From the NCBI GenBank assembly GCA_045635705.1, contig JAZTWE010000006.1, forward strand, positions 1 to 47,534: a stretch of 47,534 nucleotides of DNA. The letters run 5' to 3'. Shown piece after piece: positions 8,512-16,526 of this stretch. This DNA is from Candidatus Enterousia sp. (GTDB lineage: Bacteria > Pseudomonadota > Alphaproteobacteria > Rs-D84). Below the pieces are notes generated by a model. That model ran no database searches and was not told where the DNA came from. It worked only from the letters and a program-made list of their open reading frames with translations. The position numbers and the translations under genes were made by a program. How positions within the stretch are numbered: the first letter of the stretch is position 1; every line of letters starts with the position of its first letter.

Positions 8512-10503
8512 ATGGCAAAAAAGTATCTGATTACATCGGCATTACCATATGTAAATTATAATCTGCATATTGGGCATTTGGTTGGTTGTTTGCTGCCCAG
8601 TGATGTTTATGCACGCTTTTGTCGCGCACGTGGTCGCGATGTATTGTATGTCTGTGGTGCTGATGAACACGGTACGGCCAGTGAAATTGGTGCAATGAAA
8701 GAAAATATGCCGGTTGAAGAATATGTTGATAAATATCGCGCAGCGCATATTGACGCGGTGAAAAACTTTAATTTGTCATTTGATGTTTATGGCCGTACGC
8801 ATACGCAAAAGCACAATGATTTGATTCAGTCATTGTTTAAGCGTCTGGACGACCAGGGCATGTTGGTTGAAAAAACATCTGTTCAACCATATTCGATAAA
8901 GGACGAAATGTTCTTGGCTGATCGTTTTGTTATTGGAACCTGTCCGCGTTGTGGTTTTGATGGTGCGTATGGGAACGAGTGTGGTAAATGTGGCGCGACC
9001 CTGGAACCAGAACAGTTGATAAACCCGCACAGTGCGATAACAAAGGATTCACCTGTTGAAATGCGTGAAACAAAACATCTTTATTTCAAGACCAGTGAAA
9101 TGCAGGATAAATTGCGTGCATGGATTGATAGTCGTCGTGGCTGGCCCAAGACCGCATTGGCAATCGCCAACAAGTGGCTGGACGAAGGATTGCGTGACAG
9201 TCCAATTACCCGTGACTTGAAATGGGGAATCCCGGTAAACAAACCAGGGTACGAAAACAAGGTTTTCTATGTTTGGTTTGACGCACCATGGGGCTATGTT
9301 TCAATTTCCCAGGCGGCAAATGACAACTGGGCCGACTGGTGGCATGGTGGTGACGATGTTCATTATACTCAGTTTATGGGCAAGGATAATGTATCGTTTC
9401 ACTCAATCTTTTTCCCTGCCCAGGAATTGGCAATGAATGACAACTGGAAAACAGTTGATACATTAAAGGCATTTAATTTCTTAAACTATAACGGGGCCAA
9501 GATTTCAAAATCAACAGGCAACGGGATATTCTTGAACGATGCGATTGCCGATGCGCCTGCGGATATGTGGCGTTATGCAATTATTGCATCTGCCCCAGAA
9601 ACAGATGATACAGATTTCACAATCGCGCGTTTCGCAGATATTGTAAACAAAGACTTGAACGGAATGCTGGGGAATTTTGTTAGCCGCGTATGTAAACTGA
9701 CCGCAAAAAACTTTGGCGCGAATGTACCAGCGGCAGGCGCGTGGGATTGTGATCTGGAATCAAAAGTCAATGACAAGTTGGCGGAATTGACCGCTGCGCT
9801 GGATGCATGTGAATTCCGTAATGCCATTGCTGCATTGCGTGGTCTGTATGCGATTGGCAATGAATACATGACAATTCATGAACCATGGTCACTGGTTAAA
9901 AATGGTGACATGTCAGCGGCCGGTGCGGTATTGAATCAGTGTTTTCAATTGATTGATTTGTATGCCCGTGTGTCGGCACCGTTTATCCCAACGGCTGCTG
10001 AAAAGATGCAAAATGTATTCGCGCAAACACACGATTTATCATGGCCTGAAAAATATGAACATCGTATAAAGGATGGTGCAGAATTTGTTGTCCCAGAAAA
10101 TCTGTTCAATCGTATTGATGACGAAATGGTTGCGCGTTTGACAGAAAAGTATGCGCCAAAGAAAGTCGATAATACGCCAAAGCCAACAATTGCAAAAATC
10201 GTGTCGGTTCAAAAGCACCCGTCACGCGATGACTTGAATGTGTTATCTGTGGAATATGGTGCGGACAAACCGGTACAGATTGTCTGTGCGGCGCCAAATG
10301 TACGCGCTGGGATGATTGGCGTGTTGGCACCTGTGGGGTGCGCGCTGCCGGGCGCGAAAAAGCCGATTGCCCAACGCACAGTTGCAGGCATTGAATCATA
10401 CGGCATGATGTGCGGCGCATCAGAACTTGGGATTGGTGACGATGATGCAAATATCATTGAACTGTCCAGCGATGCGGTTGTGGGTGCTGTTTTTGTGAAA
10501 TAA
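8512..10503 (+). CDS. metG: Methionyl-tRNA synthetase with C-terminal tRNA-binding (Trbp111/EMAPII-like) domain
   Basis: MAKKYLITSALPYVNYNLHIGHL (HIGH motif), zinc knuckle CPRCG...CGKCG, and KISKS (KMSKS motif). The C-terminal domain reads AKIVSVQKHPSRDDLNVLSV...IESYGMMCGASELGI. AAGGA lies before the ATG at 8512; ORF open from 8464. Confidence 0.95.
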   Translation: MAKKYLITSALPYVNYNLHIGHLVGCLLPSDVYARFCRARGRDVLYVCGADEHGTASEIGAMKENMPVEEYVDKYRAAHIDAVKNFNLSFDVYGRTHTQKHNDLIQSLFKRLDDQGMLVEKTSVQPYSIKDEMFLADRFVIGTCPRCGFDGAYGNECGKCGATLEPEQLINPHSAITKDSPVEMRETKHLYFKTSEMQDKLRAWIDSRRGWPKTALAIANKWLDEGLRDSPITRDLKWGIPVNKPGYENKVFYVWFDAPWGYVSISQAANDNWADWWHGGDDVHYTQFMGKDNVSFHSIFFPAQELAMNDNWKTVDTLKAFNFLNYNGAKISKSTGNGIFLNDAIADAPADMWRYAIIASAPETDDTDFTIARFADIVNKDLNGMLGNFVSRVCKLTAKNFGANVPAAGAWDCDLESKVNDKLAELTAALDACEFRNAIAALRGLYAIGNEYMTIHEPWSLVKNGDMSAAGAVLNQCFQLIDLYARVSAPFIPTAAEKMQNVFAQTHDLSWPEKYEHRIKDGAEFVVPENLFNRIDDEMVARLTEKYAPKKVDNTPKPTIAKIVSVQKHPSRDDLNVLSVEYGADKPVQIVCAAPNVRAGMIGVLAPVGCALPGAKKPIAQRTVAGIESYGMMCGASELGIGDDDANIIELSSDAVVGAVFVK

Positions 10504-11049
10504 ATGAATAACGATAAATTGCGTGTTGTATTATTGTCTTGTTGTGCGCCATGCAGTGCGGGCGCAATTAAACAACTGGCCGATGGTGCAATTGCCGGCG
10601 TTGATGATTTTATTGTTTTGTTTTATAACCCAAATATTTTCCCAGAATCTGAATACACAAAGCGCATGGCGGAACAGATAAAATACTGTGAATCTATCGG
10701 TGTGAAATATGCGGTTCTTGAATACGACCACGATGCGTGGCGCGATGCTGTGCGCGGGCATGAATCCGCGCCTGAGCGTGGCCCACGGTGCAGTCTTTGC
10801 TTTGGATATCGTTTTCGTCGTGCTGAAAAATTTGCCCGTGAAAATGGGTATAATGCAATTGCCAGCGTACTGGGTGTTTCCCGTCACAAAGACCAGGTTC
10901 AGGTCGATGTCGCTGCCCAAACAGTGTGCGATGGCATTGAATATTTACCAATTAAATGGGACGAAAATTTGCGTGTACAGATTAACCGTGAATCTGATTT
11001 TTATCGTCAAAATTATTGCGGTTGCGAATTCAGTATTCGCAAAGTATAA
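10504..11049 (+). CDS. queH: Epoxyqueuosine reductase QueH (DUF208)
   Basis: LLSCCAPCS..., FYNPNIFPESEY, RCSLCF and the C-terminal YRQNYCGCEFS motifs are characteristic of QueH. The ATG directly abuts the metG stop. Confidence 0.88.
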   Translation: MNNDKLRVVLLSCCAPCSAGAIKQLADGAIAGVDDFIVLFYNPNIFPESEYTKRMAEQIKYCESIGVKYAVLEYDHDAWRDAVRGHESAPERGPRCSLCFGYRFRRAEKFARENGYNAIASVLGVSRHKDQVQVDVAAQTVCDGIEYLPIKWDENLRVQINRESDFYRQNYCGCEFSIRKV

Positions 11050-11078
11050 TTCAAATACAATTTAACAAAAGGCAAAGT

Positions 11079-11954
11079 ATGTCATCTATTTTTGTTTTTC
11101 CAGGCCAGGGCGCACAAAGCGTTGGTATGGGGCGTGAACTTTATGAAAACAATGCGTCTGCGCGTGCTGTTTTTGACGAAGTGGATTCTGCGCTGGGCGA
11201 AAAATTATCAGATATTATTTTTAATGGACCGGCGGACGAATTGACATTGACCGCAAATGTTCAGCCCGCGATTATGGCAACATCAATTGCAATGTTGTAC
11301 GCATCGGGTGCAGCGTTGCCTGAATATGTGGCGGGACACAGTTTGGGTGAATATACCGCGCTGTGTGCGGCGGGTGCGTTATCGGTTGGTGATGCGGCAC
11401 GGCTGTTGCGTGTGCGTGGCAACGCAATGCAAAGTGCGGTTGCGGTTGGCGATGGATTGACAGCGGTGATATTGGGTATGGATATTGATACGGTGCGTGA
11501 AATCTGTGCCGGTACTGATTGTGATGTTGCCAATGATAATTCCCCCGGCCAGGTTGTTGTATCTGGTCTGCGGTCTGCGGTTGAACGGGTTTTGGAAACG
11601 GCCAAGGCAAACGGTGCAAAACGTGCAATGCCATTGGCATTATCTGTGCCGGTTCATTGTCGGGCGCAACAGCCAGCGGCAGACGCAATGCGTGCGGCAC
11701 TGGATGCCACTGAATTAAAGGCACCAATCGTACCAATTATTTTGAATAAAACATGTGCACCAACAACCGATGTTAATGAAATCAAGGAAGCGTTGGTTTA
11801 TCAAATGACCCATGGTGTCCGTTGGCGCGAAAGTGTATTGAATATGGTTGATTTGGGTATCACAGAACAGATAGAGGTTGGACCTGGTAATGTCCTGACT
11901 GGCCTGTGTTCCCGTATTACAGATAAAATAACCCCAAAGAAATTGGAGATATAA
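11079..11954 (+). CDS. fabD: Malonyl-CoA:ACP transacylase
   Basis: MSSIFVFPGQGAQSVGMG..., active-site GHSLGEY, and NSPGQVVVSG. ORF open from 11016. Confidence 0.93.
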   Translation: MSSIFVFPGQGAQSVGMGRELYENNASARAVFDEVDSALGEKLSDIIFNGPADELTLTANVQPAIMATSIAMLYASGAALPEYVAGHSLGEYTALCAAGALSVGDAARLLRVRGNAMQSAVAVGDGLTAVILGMDIDTVREICAGTDCDVANDNSPGQVVVSGLRSAVERVLETAKANGAKRAMPLALSVPVHCRAQQPAADAMRAALDATELKAPIVPIILNKTCAPTTDVNEIKEALVYQMTHGVRWRESVLNMVDLGITEQIEVGPGNVLTGLCSRITDKITPKKLEI

Positions 11955-11956
11955 TT

Positions 11957-12685
11957 ATGTTTGATTTATCAGGAAAAGTAGCATTGATTACTGGCGCAAC
12001 CGGTGGTATCGGTGGTGCAATTGCCCGCAAAATGAAAGAGGCGGGCGCGACAGTTGTTGTATCTGGTCGCAATGTGGCAAAGATGGATGCTGAATTTGGC
12101 GATGAATATATCAAGATACCATGTGACTTGGCGGCCGATGGTGGTGCTGTTGAATTGGTTATGAATACGATTGAACGTGCGGGCAAGATTGATATCTTGA
12201 TTAACAATGCGGGTATCACACGCGACACATTGTTGATGCGTATGTCTGATGAACAGTTTGACGAAGTAATTAATACAAACCTGCGTTCTTGTTTCAAGAT
12301 GTGTCGTGCGGTCATTATGCCAATGATGAAGAATCGTTTTGGTCGTATTATTAATATGGCATCAATCATTGGCGCGATTGGTGGCCCCGGCCAGGCGAAC
12401 TATGCCGCATCCAAGGGTGGAATGATTGCGATGACAAAATCTATCGCGGCCGAGGTTGCATCCCGCGGCATCACCGCGAATGCAATTGCACCGGGGTTTA
12501 TTAAAACACCAATGACTGATGTTTTACCAGATGAATTAAAGAAGTCGTACCTGGCACAAATACCGGCCGGTCGTTTTGGCGAACCTGATGATATTGCAAA
12601 TGCATGCGTGTTCTTGGCATCTGACGAAGCGTCATACATCAACGGTCAAACATTACATGTAAATGGTGGTATGGGCAGATTCTAA
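11957..12685 (+). CDS. fabG: 3-oxoacyl-ACP reductase
   Basis: SDR motifs: TGATGGIGGAIA, NNAG, Y-x-x-x-K (YAASKGG). Located directly after fabD. Confidence 0.92.
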   Translation: MFDLSGKVALITGATGGIGGAIARKMKEAGATVVVSGRNVAKMDAEFGDEYIKIPCDLAADGGAVELVMNTIERAGKIDILINNAGITRDTLLMRMSDEQFDEVINTNLRSCFKMCRAVIMPMMKNRFGRIINMASIIGAIGGPGQANYAASKGGMIAMTKSIAAEVASRGITANAIAPGFIKTPMTDVLPDELKKSYLAQIPAGRFGEPDDIANACVFLASDEASYINGQTLHVNGGMGRF

Positions 12686-12728
12686 AACGCCCTGCGTTTT
12701 AGAATCAAAATTGCGGCAGCAATTTTTA

Positions 12729-12790
12729 AGCCACGGATGAGTGGAACACGAACGCAGTGGCGTGTCATTCCGGCGCAGGCCGGAATCCAG
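12729..12790. repeat. Degenerate copy of the palindromic intergenic repeat family
   Basis: AAGCCACGGATGA ... GTCATTCCGGCGCAGGCCGGAATCCAGG shares AAGCCACGG(G)ATGA and GTCATTCCGG motifs with 27275-27390 and 42625-42833. It translates as VIPAQAGIQ in the spurious mnmG N-terminal extension. Confidence 0.55.
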
Positions 12791-12835
12791 GTAAATAGAG
12801 TTGCGACGCAGTCGCGCAAATTTATACGATACAAA

Positions 12836-14479
12836 ATGCAAAACTATGATGTGATTATTATTGGTGGTGGGCATGCAGGGGTCGAAGCGGCGGCTGCATC
12901 TGCCCGTCGTGGTGCAAAAACACTGTTGTTGACCCAGGCAGAATCTGACCTGGGGGCGTTGTCGTGCAACCCCAGTATTGGTGGTCCCGGAAAATCACAG
13001 ATGGTTGCAGAAATGGATAGTTTGGGCGGTGTAATGCCCCGTGCTGCGGATATGTCTGGTATTCATTTTCGTACACTAAACGCATCGCATGGTGCCGCGA
13101 CCCAGGCCTTGCGTGCCCAAATTGACCGCGATTTATATCATAAAGCAATTGTTGATATTTTGGGTCAGTATAAAAATTTGGAAATTAAATACGAACCTGT
13201 ACTGGATTTAGATATTGAATCAAAAACCATAAACAATTTGTATGTTGCAAAATCGATTGTTTTGACCACGGGGACTTTCCTGGGTGGTTTGGTAACCCGC
13301 GGCACAGAAAAGATTTCATCAGGACGCTTGCAAGATGATGGTACATACCAGGCGGCGGATAAAAATATATCTGGGGTATTGGCGCGTGCAGGATTTAACT
13401 TGTTGCGCTTAAAGACAGGAACGCCGGCACGAATAAAAAAATCATCGATTGATTTTTCTGTCTGTGAATTACAGCCCGGTGACACGCCACACGATTGGTT
13501 CAGTGATGGTGATGAAAATAATAATTATGATTCCGTGTGTTATATCACCCACACCACTGAAACCACGCACCAGGTTATTCGTGACAATATAACAAACGCA
13601 CCAATGTACAATGGTGATATTCAAGGTACAGGTCCCCGCTATTGTCCCAGCCTGGAAGACAAGGTTATGCGTTTTCCCGATCACTTGTCGCATCATGTTT
13701 TTTTGGAGCCTGAGGGCTATAACAGCGACCTGATTTACCCTAATGGTATTTCAACCAGTTTTGGTTCTGATGTCCAGGACAAATGGATTCGCACAATCCC
13801 GGGGCTGGAAAATGCCGAAATTGTACGATATGGCTATGCAATTGAATATGATGCCATTGATGCGCGTGCCTTGAACGATAAATTACAAAGCAAAGATTTG
13901 CCACATTTGTTCTTTGCCGGGCAAATCAACGGCACATCTGGCTATGAAGAAGCCGCGGCCCAGGGGCTGGTTGCCGGTGCAAACGCGGTGGCATTTGCGT
14001 GTGGTTTGGAATACTTGGTGCTTGACCGAACCAATGCGATGATTGGTGTTTTGATTGACGATATAACCACACTGGGGGTTGACGAACCGTATCGTATGTT
14101 TACATCACGCGCAGAATATCGTTTGTCGTTGCGCGCCGATAACGCGATTGCACGACTGGGACAAATGGGCGTTGATTTGGGCCTGATAAGCGCGGAAAAA
14201 TATGCTGAAAAATTAAAGCGCAAAGAAAAAATCATTGCTGAAAATGATAAATTCTATGCGGGGTATATCGCGCGCAACGAACGCGAAATTGCCGCCTATC
14301 GCCGTGATGCAAATATGAAGATTCCACATGGGTTTGACTATCGTGGTCTGCCCGGGTTAACGAACGAGTTAATTGAAAAATTAACGGCAACGCGCCCTGA
14401 AAATATCGCTGATTTATCGCGTATCCCTGGTATGACCCCGGCGGGGATTATGGTTGTCTTGCGCAAGATAAAAAGTTAA
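12836..14479 (+). CDS. mnmG: tRNA uridine 5-carboxymethylaminomethyl modification enzyme MnmG (GidA)
   Basis: MQNYDVIIIGGGHAGVEAA (FAD fold), GALSCNPSIGG, LKTGTPARI, GPRYCPSLEDK, FFAGQINGTSGYEEAAAQG. About 547 aa from the ATG at 12836. Confidence 0.93.
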   Translation: MQNYDVIIIGGGHAGVEAAAASARRGAKTLLLTQAESDLGALSCNPSIGGPGKSQMVAEMDSLGGVMPRAADMSGIHFRTLNASHGAATQALRAQIDRDLYHKAIVDILGQYKNLEIKYEPVLDLDIESKTINNLYVAKSIVLTTGTFLGGLVTRGTEKISSGRLQDDGTYQAADKNISGVLARAGFNLLRLKTGTPARIKKSSIDFSVCELQPGDTPHDWFSDGDENNNYDSVCYITHTTETTHQVIRDNITNAPMYNGDIQGTGPRYCPSLEDKVMRFPDHLSHHVFLEPEGYNSDLIYPNGISTSFGSDVQDKWIRTIPGLENAEIVRYGYAIEYDAIDARALNDKLQSKDLPHLFFAGQINGTSGYEEAAAQGLVAGANAVAFACGLEYLVLDRTNAMIGVLIDDITTLGVDEPYRMFTSRAEYRLSLRADNAIARLGQMGVDLGLISAEKYAEKLKRKEKIIAENDKFYAGYIARNEREIAAYRRDANMKIPHGFDYRGLPGLTNELIEKLTATRPENIADLSRIPGMTPAGIMVVLRKIKS

Positions 14480-14501
14480 ACAATATACCGATAAAAACAT
14501 A

Positions 14502-14639
14502 TTGCCTAAAATTGCGCAAGGCGTTATAATCTGTGGTGTAGAAAGTAAAAAACAATGCCGAAAAAAATGGGACGATTTTCTTCGGCATAATTTTTTTTGA
14601 AAAAATCCCTGAAATCTGCATTTTTTATTCCCCCTTTTT
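14502..14639 (+). promoter_or_regulatory. Conserved expression cassette, copy 2: promoter plus leader with uORF/hairpin
   Basis: TTGCCT (14502-14507), N17, TATAAT (14525-14530). uORF 14555-14590 encodes MPKKMGRFSSA. Hairpin arms are ATGCCGAA (14555-14562) and TTCGGCAT (14581-14588), with inner AAAA/TTTT pairs, followed by AA plus T8 (14591-14598). No SD before the ATG at 14640. Confidence 0.65.
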
Positions 14640-15725
14640 ATGCCGAAAATAATCGTCGGTTTGGGTGTGGCTATGCTGGGGACAGTATTGAATATCGGGG
14701 CGGCGCAATCAGGAACTGTATATTCGGGCGTATGCGCAACCAGCAGTCAAAATTCAAACAAAGGGTATTATGTTGTTGATTATTTCTCTGATGCGGCCCC
14801 ATATCAGATTAGCGCAATCCCATCAATATCGACGGTGTATAAAGGTTGTACGGCTGGAACCTATTATAAAATTTTGCCACAAAATTATAACTTTCCGACA
14901 AGTTCTGCTTTTTACGGTACTAGTGGGATAGTCTATTCTTGTTCCAGTTGCGTATCGGGCTATGAATTACAAACTATTTCTGGACCGTTTTTGTATGCGG
15001 ATGTCAGCTCAGGCAGCAATGAAGTTATGTGCACATCTGTTTCTGGTGCGACAATAAAATATTGTGTGCCATCTGGCAGCAGTTCAGGCACCTGTTCATC
15101 TTCGAATTGTGTTTCCGGGAATTGGTATTCGCATAGCACAGGATATGTGTCGCGTGATTATCGATATTGTTCGTCGGGGACATGCGTGACAGAAACACAA
15201 TATGCGTGTGATTATGGTTATTTTGGTAATTCTGGTTCAACATCAGCCAGTGGTTGTACCAAGTGTCCCCCGTTGCGCCTGGCATTTAAAAATCTAGAAA
15301 CAGGCAACGTGGGATATCATGATTACCCAACAACAACCCCGTATGTGGCAATGACATCACTTACAGGATGTTATGTCATTGCCGAACCAAATGTGACAGA
15401 ATTTGTGGATACTGCAGGAACATTTGTGATGGGTGACGGGTATGGCAGCCTAACCAATTCCTGTTATCTTAGTTATGGACAATGTAATAATGTTGTCCCT
15501 GTATGTAATAAGAATACAGCGTCTGGTATTCAGGGGATTCAGACCGCGGCCAGTGGTGGAACCGTGTGCTGGTGTAATATCCCGCAAACAGGAAAAAGCT
15601 TCAAGCATTTTGATTCAGCGGCCTGTTCTTCTGCGTGCACTACGTCGGCCTGTCTTCAAAGGATAATGGGCCATTCGGCTAGTGGCTATGCCCCAACTGT
15701 TTCGCTGACCGATTTAGGGTGCTGA
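14640..15725 (+). CDS. Secreted cysteine-rich protein, MPKIIVGLG family member 2
   Basis: 361 aa. Signal peptide MPKIIVGLGVAMLGTVLNIGAAQS; its first 16 codons are identical at DNA level to 27098(-). Contains a C-T-K-C-P module, DTAGTF motif and a VCWCN...C-x3-C-x3-C C-terminal module. Confidence 0.75.
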   Translation: MPKIIVGLGVAMLGTVLNIGAAQSGTVYSGVCATSSQNSNKGYYVVDYFSDAAPYQISAIPSISTVYKGCTAGTYYKILPQNYNFPTSSAFYGTSGIVYSCSSCVSGYELQTISGPFLYADVSSGSNEVMCTSVSGATIKYCVPSGSSSGTCSSSNCVSGNWYSHSTGYVSRDYRYCSSGTCVTETQYACDYGYFGNSGSTSASGCTKCPPLRLAFKNLETGNVGYHDYPTTTPYVAMTSLTGCYVIAEPNVTEFVDTAGTFVMGDGYGSLTNSCYLSYGQCNNVVPVCNKNTASGIQGIQTAASGGTVCWCNIPQTGKSFKHFDSAACSSACTTSACLQRIMGHSASGYAPTVSLTDLGC

Positions 15726-15775
15726 TAAAAAACAACTGGAAATTATCCCAAATATGTTTTACAGTCTGTGCCATC

Positions 15776-15851
15776 GCCGGTGTAGCTCAGCTGGTAGAGC
15801 ATCTCATTCGTAATGAGGGGGCCGCAGGTTCAAGTCCTGCCACCGGCACCA
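15776..15851 (+). tRNA. tRNA-Thr (anticodon CGT), CCA encoded
   Basis: Cloverleaf: GCCGGTG / GCTC-AGCTGGTA-GAGC / TCTCA-TTCGTAA-TGAGG / GGGCC / GCAGG-TTCAAGT-CCTGC / CACCGGC-A-CCA. 76 nt. Confidence 0.9.
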
Positions 15852-15858
15852 CAAATAA

Positions 15859-15884
15859 ACCGCCCATTTGGGCGGTGTTTTTTA
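15859..15884. terminator. Terminator after tRNA-Thr (bidirectional)
   Basis: ACCGCCC-ATTT-GGGCGGT followed by a T-rich run. Confidence 0.75.
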
Positions 15885-16274
15885 TTTTTGATATTGGACA
15901 GTTTCCATAATCTTTTTCAAGACTTCTGATTTCATCGCTTCTTGTTTCTGTAATGCGTCTATTTTTTGTTTCAGTGTGAACAAAACACGACCAATTAAAA
16001 ATGGCTTGCGAATAATGCCTGTATCGCCATTTGGTGTTTTGACAACGATTTCTGTTGGAATGTCTTGGTTGCTGTATTGGTCGGCCTTGTAATTTGCCTT
16101 GATTGTAATACCATTAACCAAGAATTCGTTTTTATTGTTTGGGTTGATGATAATTGAATCAGAATTATCAACCAATGAAATAATTGAATTTGCAAATTCG
16201 CGATCTGCGCGTGGTGCGCGAACCAGTGCGTCATTCAAGATCAGCAAAATCGCGCGTGCGTTATTGTTTTTCAT
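15882..16274 (-). CDS. Hypothetical cytoplasmic protein
   Basis: 130-aa ORF with no signal peptide and no motif I recognise. Bounded by a terminator and an AT-rich divergent promoter region. Confidence 0.4.
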   Translation of the reverse strand: MKNNNARAILLILNDALVRAPRADREFANSIISLVDNSDSIIINPNNKNEFLVNGITIKANYKADQYSNQDIPTEIVVKTPNGDTGIIRKPFLIGRVLFTLKQKIDALQKQEAMKSEVLKKIMETVQYQK

Positions 16275-16414
16275 ATTAAAACTCCTTGTGTTTTATGATT
16301 TATTACATCTATTATTATAATACAATAATTACATTTGTCAATACTTGTTATAAATAAATTCATTTGCCTTATAGTACTTGCAATTTCGGGATTTTCATTG
16401 TAATCTGTGTGTCG

Positions 16415-16496
16415 ATGAAACAGGCAACAATAATTATTATTAGATAACGGTCGCACGCGCTTTGGCGGTGGCTGGGGCGCATACGCGCCCGTTTTT
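16415..16496 (+). promoter_or_regulatory. Candidate ileS attenuator: Ile-rich leader peptide plus intrinsic terminator
   Basis: ATG 16415 to TAA 16447 encodes MKQATIIIIR, with four consecutive Ile codons ATA ATT ATT ATT at 16430-16441. Hairpin GGGCGC-ATAC-GCGCCC (16475-16490) is followed by GTTTTT, 30 nt upstream of the ileS ATG. Confidence 0.45.
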
Positions 16497-16526
16497 AATA
16501 TAAAACACAAGACGGAGTATTAAACT

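Noticed and set aside
12737-12835. The ORF track extends mnmG 33 codons upstream (MSGTRTQWRVIPAQAGIQVNRVATQSRKFIRYK).
   Set aside because: The extension is translated from the palindromic intergenic repeat (the VIPAQAGIQ artefact). The canonical MnmG N-terminus MQNYDVIIIGGGHAG starts at 12836.
14597-14779. Alternative-frame ORFs (MKKSLKSAFFIPPFYAENNRRFGCGYAGDS...) are conserved between 14597-14779 and 26917-27141(-).
   Set aside because: They are conserved only because they lie inside the duplicated cassette. They lose similarity exactly where the cassette ends, and they start at TTG with no RBS.
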